Below are positions 50,115-61,582 of a stretch of DNA of 64,000 nt, piece after piece. Both the position numbers and the translations under genes were made by a program. Every line of letters begins with the position of its first letter. Position 1 is the first letter of the stretch. This stretch comes from Amoebophrya sp. A120 (lineage: Eukaryota > Protista > Dinoflagellata): positions 3,205,151-3,269,150 of the forward strand of contig CAJINV010000007.1 of assembly GCA_905178155.1 (NCBI GenBank), read 5' to 3'. Below the pieces are notes generated by a model. The model saw only the letters and a program-made list of their open reading frames with translations. It was not told the DNA's origin and ran no database searches.

Positions 50115-53100
50115 ATGACGGAAGACCCGGATCAGTGGCACACAGTTAGAACTACGCAGGGAGCAGCTCCTGCCGCTACAGAAGGCGCCAGCTCTCCCCT
50201 GCTTCCGGCGAAGGCGGGAGTTGCGCAAATAACCGGTGCAGGAGGTGCGCAGTTCTTGAACAGTCAGAAGGCAGGCGTAACCACGCCGGCGTGGACCACA
50301 ACGAAAGTGGCGTCGTCAACCCCTACGAACGATTCTGCGATACCAGCACCTTCTGAAGGCTCCAAGATGAATGCCACAGGCTCCAAGGGGTCCGCAAACG
50401 TTCCGGCCGGGAGCTCTACGCCTGGAAGCACCGCGGGGGACGACGTGGACCTGAATGCCTTCGAGATCACGACGGGCTCGGGCGGTGCTCCAGGCCCCGC
50501 AACATCAGCGCAGCAGACGCCCACGGGTGGCGCGTCCGTGGCGTCGTCTTCGGGCGGAGGTTCGAAGACCACTAGTGCGAACAACAAAGTGATCAATGTG
50601 GCCCCGTATGAGGGCGAGATGCTGCGGTTCGCGCAAACTCAGGTGGTACAGCTGGTGGAGCTTTTTGAGCAGGACGAAGGGTTGGTGCAGCGGATACGCT
50701 CGATTGCCGAGGACGTGCTGGCGGACATCGATGAGTCCCGGTCTGCGTCAATTGAGTTCGCGAACAACAGCGACGGGGGGGGAAATAACGGATCCAACGA
50801 GTTTGGTAACATTATGCAGAAAAGCCGCAGCAGTCTAATCACAACCATGCCGAACAAAGCAACGAGCAGTGGTTTGCTGGAGCCAGAAATCAGCGGAAGT
50901 ACAAGTCCGGACAAGGACTCCGATGCCGGAGGAAGTGGTATGCCAATGTCGCGGACATCTACCGAAGAGCAGAAGGGACCAGCACAGATAAGCAATGCAG
51001 CGACACCGAAGCCGGGTACTATATCACGTACGCGGCTGTCCACGTCCGCTACGGAGCCCGGGTCGCTGCAGAGTCTGGGTGACAACTACCAGCTGCACGG
51101 TTACGTGCTGTATTCGCTGTGGTGCATGACCCGCGACGATGTGCGCGCCATTGAGAATGTGGCGCGCGCCAGGTTTTTCAGCGTCGACGATGTGCGATTT
51201 CTCCGCCACTTCTACACTCGGGAGGCCGACATTGTCCTGGACGACGCGGACACTGACCCAGCTGCTGCCGGACTCGCTGAGGGTGTTGAAAATAGCGCCA
51301 CAGCCGCGGCCCGGAGCCGCAGCAACAACTCGAGCGAAACCAGCCAAAGCCGGGCACTTGACAACGATCCCACCGGCCCTTTCCAGCGGGTGCCCAGCCG
51401 GCTGAGCAGCGTGGGCGGCCCGATCCTCGACGCGCGAAACAAGCGGAACGCGAAGTGCGAGGCCTACCTGTCGGCGATGTGGACGACGCTCGGCGCGGCG
51501 GTGCGCCCACGAAAAAATCCCATTCCGCAACCCGTCCCGCTCGCGCACCCGGGCGCGGACCACGTGTTTCGCGACCGTTACGTGGTAATTATGGTCGGTC
51601 TGCCCGCCCGCGGCAAAACCTACCTGTGCCGGCGGCTGGCACGGTACCTGGACTTTTTCCACAACGTGCGCACCAAGATTTTCAATGTGGGCGACTACCG
51701 CCGCACGATGTGCGGCAACCATTTAGCACCCTCCTTTTTCGATCACAAACTGCATGAGAATGTCAAGAAGCGGCAGGCCGCGTGCGAGGCGGCAATGCTG
51801 GACTTGGTGCACTGGATCAGCGAGCAGGAGGACGATAAGATTTCCGGCCGCGTGGCCTTCTTCGACGCAACCAATAGCAGTCGGGAACGCCGCGAGTGGG
51901 TCATGCAGCAGGTACTATACATAGGAATTATTTGATGGAGTTAGATTCTGTGTCTGTAGTTGCGTTGATTCTGTTTTCGCGTCTGAGGTGGAGGTTATTC
52001 TTATGCAAGAAAATGCAAGAGCACGACACGTCGCAGTGCGAGTGCCACTTGTCCAGACCACTCAGAGATCGCTGCAAAAATGCCCAACTACAGGCGCGGC
52101 GACACATCTCCGCCGTGAAGATTATGTTTGTCGAGTCTTTAGTCACAGACGAAACCATTGTGGACAACAACATCCGGGCGGTCAAACTCGGCTGTCCGGA
52201 TTTTGTCAATCTGGACGAGATATCAAATGTAAAAATGTCTGGGTATGCAAGATTGCAATTTGTCATGCTGTTTTTGGACTCTAAAAAAATTTGTATTGCG
52301 TGGCCAGCGAGAGGGGTCTAATTTGTGCTACACGGACAGGGCATTTCTCATGCGGAAGGTGCATCAGGAAGCCCTCTAAAAGTCTGCGATGCTAGGGCAT
52401 GCATTACAGGCATCATGGGTCATGAGAAATATGCATGACAAGTCTTGCATTCTTCCAGACCACCCAGACACTTTTGCATTTGATACGGGAAAACCGCGAC
52501 CCGGGAGTTTCGCGAGCGGATTCGGCTCTACGCGGAGGTGTACGAGAGTCTGGACGAAAGCAACACGACGGAGGAGGGCAAAGCCATGTGGGTGAAGGTG
52601 GTGAACCTGAGTCGGTACGTGGTGAACAACGTGAAGGGCTTCATCCCCAACCAAATGGTGCAGTTTCTGATGCACCTGAACATCGACCAGACCCGGGACC
52701 GCGTGTTTTTCCTGACCCGGCACGGGCAGTCCGAGTACAACGAACTCGGGAAAATCGGCGGCGACAGCGGCCTGTCGACCCTCGGGGTGGAGTATTCGCA
52801 CGCTCTCGCGGAATTTGCGATGAACACCATCGCGATGGACACGGTGACCAGTGTCGACAAAAAGACGAAGGAGTCCATCACCGTGCACAAGCCCCGGCCC
52901 AGTCGGCTGTGGACCAGCAGTTTGCGGCGCACGATCGACACCGCAGCTACAATCCCCGAGGTGGTGCTGAAGCACCCCAAGTCGGGCGCGCTGTGGCACC
53001 AGTTCAAGCGCAAGGAGTGGCGCGCGCTGGACGAGCTGTACGCGGGCAAGTTCGACGGCATGACGTACGCGGAGATCGAGAACGCCTTCCCGGACGAGTT

Positions 53101-53695
53101 CCAGGAGCGGCAAACAAACAAGTTGACCTACCGCTACCCAAGGGGCGAGTCCTACATGGACGTGATTCAGCGTGTCCACCCCTGCATCCTGGACATGGAG
53201 CGGTGCCGGGAGCGGCTTCTGATCATCGGGCACCAGGGCGTGCTCCGGGTGCTGTACGCCTACTGGAAGGGGCTGTCGCGCGAGCAGGCCGCGTCTGTAT
53301 CTATTCCGCTGAACACGGTGATCGAACTGCGGCCCGACACCTACAGCTGCTCGGAGCGACGCTTTCAGCTCTTGACGGCCACCGCCGCGCGCGACCACAG
53401 CATCTACATCGCGCGCACCATGAGCGCCAGCTCGGATCATACACGGGATTCTGCGGTCACCGTTTTGAAGAAAACAGCGTCTTCTACCGGTGCTACGCCG
53501 TCCATTCTCACGAGCGGCGGACCGCAGGTACCGGTCTCCGGGGGCAGCAGCAGCCCGACGGCGGTGTCGGTGGCCACCTGGGAGATCGGCGACAGCAGCA
53601 CACCCAAGATGCTCACGGCCACGGCCGGCAAGGACGACATTGAGCTCAGCCGGAACTCCAGTTTTGCCGAACTCATGGACCCGCCGAGTCACTAG
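50115..53695 (+). CDS. PFKFB: Bifunctional 6-phosphofructo-2-kinase/fructose-2,6-bisphosphatase with long N-terminal extension
   Basis: P-loop VIMVGLPARGKT, FNVGDYRR, FDATNS, phosphatase motif RHGQSEYN, YRYPRGESY and IIGHQGV. Exons 50115-51911, 52094-52220, 52491-53695. Confidence 0.93.
52221..52485. mobile_element. TIR intronic element, family B (E7), 265 bp
   Basis: 23-bp TIR with 21/23 match (left TATCAAATGTAAAAATGTCTGGG). TSD CGAGA/CGGGA. Removal gives PDFVNLDEKTATREF, matching the PFKFB spacing PD[YF]-x7-A-x3-F. Confidence 0.9.
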
Positions 53696-54216
53696 GGTGT
53701 GTGTTACGTGTCTTGCTGCTAGTGTGATGGATGCAGCAGTTGATGACAGCATCCAGGAGACCAGAAATTGTAGCCCGAAGTGGTACAAGAACTTTCATGT
53801 TGTGTACATTAGTGCAGTAGACGACTCCGAGACTGTTGTGAAACAGGAAATCCACCGAAAGAGGACGATGGAGCAATGGACAGCAGCCACAGTGATTTTG
53901 TTACGCCATACAGACAAAATTATCGATCGGTGATGTTAATTCGGATCATCTTTCCTTAGTGGGATTTCAATTTCCTATGATTTCTGAATCGGATTCTCTT
54001 GTAGATCCAGGTGCGATCGTCTGGAACAAGTTTTTCGTTGTCTTTCGCAAGCCCGATCGTGAAAGTTGTATAAAATCAGCTCTGATCATGAAATCTGCAT
54101 CTGCTCTCTTGCTTGGTTGTTCGTCGGTGAGGCTGGGCGGGAAATATCTTTCTTCTCAGCGCAATGTGAGCATCTGAAAAAGCAACTATACGATCAAGAT
54201 CAAGTTGTGTGTAGTC

Positions 54217-56361
54217 ATGATAAGACCTTCTGCGAGCCGTATTTTCCCTCATAGCGGGGCGTCGCATGCCGGAAGAGTGCGATCCACTCGGCCTCCTTGC
54301 TTCGTTTCTGCGCCGTGCTGCGGCTATGCAGAAGATCAACATTTGCGACAACCTCCACCTCGTGTGGTGCGGGTACTGCCGCGACGAGCACTGTCCACTA
54401 CCACTGCCGTCCACGAGAAAGATGCAAATGCGTCACTCTTCCAACATAAGGCAAAGAATCATGCCAGAAACCAAGCTACAAAAAGCCCGCCGTACCGCGG
54501 TGGCAATAAACCGTCGTCCAGCGCAAGTAATAAAACTAACCAGGCGGACATGATACTGACACTACCCCTCCGCGGACGGGGACAGCAAAATGACCCGAAT
54601 TTGCCGCCGAAGCTGCTGCACCGCGTGCGAAACCAGTGGCCCACGGTCCTGGGGCTACAAGGGGGCATTGTGATGCTGGAAGACAGTGGAGGGACAGGGA
54701 GAGATCAAGACCCGCAGAGCAAGAACAAAACCAACGTTCGCCGCGTGGTGCGCAACACGTGGGCGGTGTCGGAGGAGAGTATCCGGGAAGCGTGCCAGGC
54801 GCTTCTGTACGTTAATCAGCGACTGCGCGACGGGTTTTGGGTGACGCCGACGATGCGCGCCAGAAACGGGGAGTATCAGGTGAACACGTCGGCGATGTGC
54901 AGCCTGTTGGGAAAGATGTACAGCGAGAGGGAGGGAGAAGCAAAAGCAATTATCGAAGGAAACATCACGAGACGAACACAAAAGAAAAACGAGGGCAGTC
55001 TATTCGACGTCACTGCAGTGACGATTCCGCCGCCCCCCGCGAAGAACAGACCCAAAAGCAGTGGTCTCCCGCTCGCGGAGGAATCGTGGGTAGATCCTGC
55101 CATGTCCGAGCCGGGCTCATCAACTACAGCAGATGACGTCACAGACACGTCCTCTGCCACATCAGCAGCGCAGCGAGACGTGAACGAAAAGAAGCAGAAG
55201 TTGCGCGCCCTCCGGCTGCTCACAGACTGCAGCGCGCAGGTGTTTCACGGGTTGCAGTGGGCGCCGCAGCCGGCGCGGGCCAAATTCCTGGAAAGTGGGG
55301 CCCGGCTGGTGGACGTGACCTTGGAAAAGGCCGGGACGGTGCGGGGGAAGGGGGTCGTGTGGTCTGGAAAAAATCAAGGCGAACGTGATAACCACCATCT
55401 GCAGCAACAGGGGGACGATGGAGTCAAAATCCCAGAAGAAGACCTAAAAGCGCCCGCGTTTCACGCCCGGCAGCTGATGCGGGAGTGGCTGGGCACGCCC
55501 ATTGCGGCTTCCACGACGCAAGCGGACCGTGCACAGATCCTGCATGAGAAAGTCAACGCCTTCTTCGCCATGAACGAAAGTACGAATCCCAAGCCGAAAA
55601 CTTTTGGAAACCACCACGAAGAGCCGACGCGGCTAAACGTCTGCTTCGAGCCGGCGAGCGGCGGAACGCAAATCGCGTTTCGGCCTCTGATGTGCGCGGG
55701 CGAAGAGGGCACCAGCAGTGACACAAGTAAAAACACCAGGAACGCTGGTCGTAAAAAGGAAAAGAACGCCGGTGATCGCACGACAACTACTTCTGCAAGC
55801 TTGAAACAGAATCAGAACCAGGAGGTCCTTAGAAGAGACCGTGGTCTTCAGGAAGACGCAAATTATCGTATGTTTTGGGAGATCGTTGAGGTGAGCGAGC
55901 CGGATTTTCAGATAGATCCGGCCGTCGATGAGGTATTCGCGCCCAATCCAGAAGAGCTCGACGCGGCCGCTGCGGAGCTTGCGGACGCCTGGATTCAGCA
56001 TTTGAAAACGGCGAACGCAGTAGCTGCACACCACCACGATAAAGAGACCCACAACGACGGCAAGATACGCCAACCGCAGGTACTACCACGGCAGAAGAAA
56101 ATTCTACTCCACTTCCCCCATGGCCGAAAAGCGGAGTGGCTGCAGCACTTTGTGGTCCTGGCGAACAACATCGTGCAGGAGGAGACCGGAGAGATGTTTT
56201 GCCTTCGCCCGGTCTACCTCGACTTTCCGCCGGAGCTGCTGAAGGACAAAAAGGGGGTGACTGTGGAGCGGATGCAGCGAACGCGAACGACGTTCCCGGC
56301 CGAAAAAGATCCGACAAAGTGGAAACTACACGGCATTTTCTTTGACTTGTACGCAATTTGA
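54217..56361 (+). CDS. Unknown protein, paralog 1 of a tandem pair
   Basis: Intronless ~714-aa ORF from the first ATG at 54217; shares ordered motif blocks with the next gene. Confidence 0.75.
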   Translation: MIRPSASRIFPHSGASHAGRVRSTRPPCFVSAPCCGYAEDQHLRQPPPRVVRVLPRRALSTTTAVHEKDANASLFQHKAKNHARNQATKSPPYRGGNKPSSSASNKTNQADMILTLPLRGRGQQNDPNLPPKLLHRVRNQWPTVLGLQGGIVMLEDSGGTGRDQDPQSKNKTNVRRVVRNTWAVSEESIREACQALLYVNQRLRDGFWVTPTMRARNGEYQVNTSAMCSLLGKMYSEREGEAKAIIEGNITRRTQKKNEGSLFDVTAVTIPPPPAKNRPKSSGLPLAEESWVDPAMSEPGSSTTADDVTDTSSATSAAQRDVNEKKQKLRALRLLTDCSAQVFHGLQWAPQPARAKFLESGARLVDVTLEKAGTVRGKGVVWSGKNQGERDNHHLQQQGDDGVKIPEEDLKAPAFHARQLMREWLGTPIAASTTQADRAQILHEKVNAFFAMNESTNPKPKTFGNHHEEPTRLNVCFEPASGGTQIAFRPLMCAGEEGTSSDTSKNTRNAGRKKEKNAGDRTTTTSASLKQNQNQEVLRRDRGLQEDANYRMFWEIVEVSEPDFQIDPAVDEVFAPNPEELDAAAAELADAWIQHLKTANAVAAHHHDKETHNDGKIRQPQVLPRQKKILLHFPHGRKAEWLQHFVVLANNIVQEETGEMFCLRPVYLDFPPELLKDKKGVTVERMQRTRTTFPAEKDPTKWKLHGIFFDLYAI

Positions 56362-56753
56362 GTTTATATTATTGCCTTGGTGCTGCCTGTAATTAATACG
56401 GTGATTTTTGGAGGCGTGGCGCTGGTGCCGCAAGTGGTTCACACGACGAAGAAACGAAAGCAAGACGAGAATTTCCTCTGCTTCACTTCTAGTCAGTGCG
56501 ACGATCAATGTTTGGGTTTCTTGTTCGGATCCTTAAAAAGAAAAGCTGCGTCGCATGCGGTGCCACTGCCACAGTTTGCACTTATCGTTATCGCAGCCGT
56601 CTCGTTCGAACAAGAAGATGTGCTGCTTTGATTCTGCTTAGTCAACCATCAGCAACTGTCATTCTCAAAGAATCAACAACAACACCTGGTATACGAGGGA
56701 GATCAAATATGAAGAAACACAAGCAACTGCTAAATTTTTGACACTGATCAACC

Positions 56754-59589
56754 ATGAAGGCTCTGTCGTCTGCCGCGTCAAAGCCATGCGCTAGGCCGCA
56801 GGCACTGGTGCACAATGGCGGAGGTCCTCTCTCGGCCAAAAGGAGCCCGGGTGACCACGTTCTATTGTATGCTGATGCGTCCTCGTGGGTGTTGCACCGT
56901 CGTCGAAATTCTTTCGCCAGCATCGCGGCACAGGCGCAAGCCGGAACTAGCACAGGGAGTACTGCGGCTGCAGTTGCTGTCGCAATAAAGCCCGCGTCTG
57001 CAGCAGCCGCAGCGACCATGACCTCGAGTGGGGCCTCAACTGCCACATTAGGCGAAACAATCGCAGATCGTTCTGAGAGCAGGGTTGAAACTGAAACATC
57101 ATCTGCTTCGACAACCACGTCACAGTCAACTAAAAAGAAAAAGCCACAGCAGTTCGGCTTCCAATCGGAGCCCGGCCGTGGCGAAGAGGATGTGTTGTTT
57201 CACATCGAAGGCAACGTGCTCCCGGCCGCCATCGAGCGTTTGGCGCACACTTTGGTGTTCCGCACACACAAAGAGTGGCCCACGGTGCTGGGAATCGACG
57301 GGGTCCGCAACATGCCCTGGACGACGGACGTCAGCCAACGGCAAGCCGCCGCGGTGCTGGTTCGGGCCAACCACAAACTGCGAAAAGTATACTGGCTGCT
57401 CCCCTACGGGCAGAACGCAATGCAGGAAAAGAAGCCAGCCCCGAAAATCCCGACGGATCTGATGCGCAGCCCGCTGCAGCAGCATTTGCTCGGGTACCGC
57501 TTGAACCACCTCGGACAGAAGTCGGCGCAAACCGGGTACGGCGGGATTTCGGAACCAGGGGCGGCGTCTATGGATGTTGAAGAAAAAACTTCGACGAATA
57601 TCGTGCCGGAGGAGAGCTGCAGCCAGCAAATGAAGCAAGACCGGGAAGAACAGGATCGAGATCCCTATCTCGGAACCACCTCGAGCAGCAGCATCTGTAC
57701 AACTTCCGCGGATGAACCCTCCTCGGAAGAAGACGATTTAACCGTTTTTACCCCGATCCACCCGATGTCTGCTCCGCGGTTCCGCCACAAACTCTGGAAG
57801 TGGTTTGAACGGCACACCGGCGGGGATTTCAAGGTGGCCGAGCGCTTCGCCCGGGCCGGCTGTCGGTTGTTGGACATCACACTCGCGGACGCAGCGGTCA
57901 AGGTGGAGCGCATGCGGCAGCGGCCGCCGACAAAGGAATGGCTCAAGGACGAGAGCATGACGCCAGCGAGGTTCCAATTTGACGCTGAGAAGAAGAATGA
58001 CAGTGAGGAAGGTCGTCCTAAGCAGCAAACAGAAGCAGCCGGGGGGCATAATGGTGAGAACGCGGATGCGAAGATGAATTCGTGCAGCGTGGACAGTGTA
58101 TCGTCAAAGGAACAATCGGAGCCGTCCTCTGCATCACAATCAGGTGGTGCCCCTGGTGGCATAAGCACCAGCGAGGGCGACAAAGACAAGAAAATCGATG
58201 ATGCGGCAGATGAGGCAAAAATTCCTGGTGCTGCGTCATCTGTGACCGAAAGTGAACCCAGGACCGCTGTTTCTGTCAAGCAGGATACTGCTGAAGCCGG
58301 TACTTTGTAAGATGAACACCTCTGGTGGTAAGTATTTACTTTTTATGGATCACTTTGCTCGATGTCGATGAAAATGAAGTCAAAGGTGCTTCAATACTGT
58401 GTCCTACGTCCTCCACATTCCCTGATGAAACACCTACATCAGATGCCGACGCTGCCCCTCCGACCACAGCCGCAGAAGAATACCTCGGCCATGAAACAGG
58501 GGACCAACGTGCGTCCAAACCTCCGCAAGAACTTTCCCCGGATCGGGAAATGGCGATTCGCTGGATCAAGGGGCCGATCCCGGCGAGCACCTCGTGGGCG
58601 GATCGTGCGAAAATTTTGAAGCAGAAACTCCGCGCATGGCCGCACGCGATGCAGGTGAATTTGTGCTTTGAGTCACTGGTGCCGGAAAGCCAAATCGGGT
58701 TCCGCCCCATACCCTTGACCAAAACGCGGAAACAGGCAGCGAACATGAAAGTACTACTGGGTTGATGCTAGCGCGGTTGCGATTTTGTACGTGATTTGTG
58801 AAGATGAAATTGAAAAGTTTGTGTTTGATTCAGGTCGTGAATTGTATGATCAGAAACTACACGAAAATCCAATGATTGAACGATGAACCAGGACGCGGAG
58901 CCCCAAATGTTTTGGGAGCTTGTGCGGGTCGAGAATGCGCGATTTGACTATGACGTAGACAAGTGTCGTGTCTTCTGCCCCAGGCCAGAGGATTTCAAAA
59001 AGGCTGCGGTGGAACTGGCAGACAGGTGGCTGACGCAACGCGCCTGGGATAACAGCTCCGAAGACGACAACGATAGCACAGACGCAACGATGGTGAACGC
59101 GGACGATAGTGGTCGTGCAATAGATGAAACAGATGGCGTTGCATCTTCACTGGCTTCAGCATCGCAGCAACCCCCCCAGCCCATCCTTCTCCATTTTCCG
59201 CGAGAAAGAAAGTCTGAGTGGATGGAAAAGTTCGTGTGCGAGGCCAACGCAATCGTGCAGGAGAAGCTGGGCGAGAGCTTCTGCTTGCGGCCGATGTATC
59301 TGGATTTTCGGCGGAACGACCTGCCAAATCACGCGACATATCCGGTGGAAAAGCATCGCAGTAGTACAAATTGCATATAGTACTGCAACACTTGTGTGAC
59401 ACACCTCATTTGCACACGTGCGTGGCCTGGCATGATTGAAGGTGCAAAAATTTGCATGCAGTGCTCTAATGCGATGCTTTTGTATTGCATAAGGTGATTG
59501 ACCGTGTGAATCGGTACGAAACGGGTTACCCGGTGGACCCGACAAAGGAGAAAATCCATGCGACTTTCTTTGATTTACATCCCTTGTAA
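56754..59589 (+). CDS. Unknown protein, paralog 2 of a tandem pair
   Basis: Exons approx. 56754-58299, 58476-58750, 58892-59344, 59493-59589 with GT-AG introns. Ends DPTKEKIHATFFDLHPL*, versus DPTKWKLHGIFFDLYAI* in paralog 1. Confidence 0.75.
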
Positions 59590-60019
59590 AAAGTGCTGCG
59601 CCACCGTTTTTCTTTTTCAGGTATTTTAGGCAATGTTTGCAGGAGAATCTCCGAGGCGTTCTGATGTTTGAGAATATAGGCGGGCTTCTGATTCTGAACA
59701 TTTGGGGTGACCGTGGAAGCGTGTCGTCGTTCATTCGTTGTTTGTAGCTAGTGGCTCAATAATGTTGCCACGATGATGAAAGAAACAACTACTCCTTTGG
59801 CTGCTCGGGATGCGACCGTGCATTATGCATCAGCATCTCGGTGTGCTGTGCGAATTGTTCTCTTTGCTCATAATGTGCTGTTCTTGCAGTGGCCATTCAC
59901 CAGCCCTGAGTAACCTACTAAAGTAGATGAAAGAGCACGAGAGCAGCTTCAGACGCACAAGTAGAAAAAATAAAGTATTAAAAAAACCACAGTAAATGTA
60001 AAAAACTTCGCACGACAAG

Positions 60020-61582
60020 ATGCAACGTGCTTGTTTGTCTCACTTCTGCTCTAGCACTACGGCTAGAGGCGCAACGGTGGCTAGCTCAGGCTATTTGTTG
60101 CACAGCACGACGTCGTCGGCAGCTTTTGCCGGCAGACGTGATTTCGTTCGACCGGGGGAGGTCTTTCATTTACAGAGGGACCAGCTGACCGCCTCCACGT
60201 CCAGCAGCTCCTCACGGAGATGCGCGGCCTCGAGGTCCAACTTCCAGCAGCTACGGACCACGACGATTTTGTGCGTCAGAAAGGACAACAAGGTGGTAAT
60301 GTGCGGCGACGGACTGGTCACCGCCGGGCACTACAAGGTGAAGCCAAACGCGCTCAAAGTGAGGACGGTCGGGAAAGGTAAATTCGCATATTGCTTTGTT
60401 TGGGAAAAAGCAGCTGGCGTTTTGGTTTTCGTAGTGCAATGTGGATGTTGATGCACTGCGCGACGCCGACTAGATCTTGAAGGGGCAGATTGAATGAATG
60501 AGCTTTCGTTACTGTCCTGTCGTGCGTGTTTATCTATCGGTACACAGAGATTTATGTTTGATTGTGCATTTCTTTCCGGTTTATTCGGTGGAACATGCAA
60601 GGTAAGAACCTCTGTATCACCGGTTTCGCGGGTGGCACTGCGGATTGCCTGGCTTTGTTGGAACGGCTCGAAATGAAACTCGAGGAATACCCGGGGCAGT
60701 TGGTACAAAAGTGTTTTGTGTTTCGATTCTCTACAACCTCCGCAAAGATTCCGTACGCATGCGGATGATCATGTACTTACAAGAATTTTTCCACCGATCA
60801 CGCATTTCAAACTCACCTTTCGCTCAACAACCCAGGTAAGAGCCAGCGTCGAGCTTGCAAAGGCGTGGCGACTGGACAAGATGCTGCGGCAACTCAACGC
60901 GACGGTCGTTGTCGCAAACGCGGAAGCGACTCTGGAGCTGACGGGCAACGGAGATTGCTTCGAGCCTCACGATGGGGTTTTAGGGGTAAGAAGGAGTAGT
61001 TTTGAAACTTGTGTGACAAATCGGAAAGAGATGAGTTTGATGTTCTTTCAGGATTCATTAGCTGTATATGTCAGACAGTAACTCGTGCGCCATAAGACGC
61101 GAGCAAAGGGTTGATGTTCTTTCAGGCGAAGATATTTGTTGCAATAAATTGAATCGACGTGAAGTTGTTGAAAAGCAAAACCATTGCCCCTCCCCTCCCA
61201 GATCGGCTCCGGCGGTGCCTTCGCCACGGCCGCGGCTCGTGCGCTGATGGAAGCGGGCGTGGCGCTTTCCGCCAGGGAAATCGGATTGCGGGCGATGCAA
61301 ATCGCGGCGGACTTGGATACGGCGACGAACAGCCGGTTTACCGTCGAGGAAATTGATATCGAAGAGAATTCCACCACCGCCGCCAGCGCGGAGAACGAAC
61401 CCAGCGTGATCGGGGTCCCGAAACTGAACCAGAAAAAGGACGTCACGTCGGCGCCCTCGGTACATGACAACCAGATGGTCCAGGAAGAAGTGGAGGGGAA
61501 AATGGAAGAAAAAGGAAGCGACAGCGGATCCGGTTCGACACCCGCTGCGCCGCCGGAAAAACCGAAAGATGAGGGGAAATGA
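60020..61582 (+). CDS. hslV: Mitochondrial ATP-dependent protease peptidase subunit HslV (ClpQ)
   Basis: Ser/Arg-rich presequence, then [58 protein letters not shown] and IGSGG.FA.AAARAL. Four exons. Confidence 0.93.

Noticed and set aside
52376-53788. 470-aa minus-strand ORF, and similar ones at 35189-36037 and 51024-51722
   Set aside because: These are antisense shadows of GC3-rich + strand exons of PFKFB and the insulinase.
23740-61582. Bacterial-type genes (NadX-like dehydrogenase, HslV) as contamination or recent transfer
   Set aside because: Both carry spliceosomal introns, and both families are already known in eukaryotes including alveolates.
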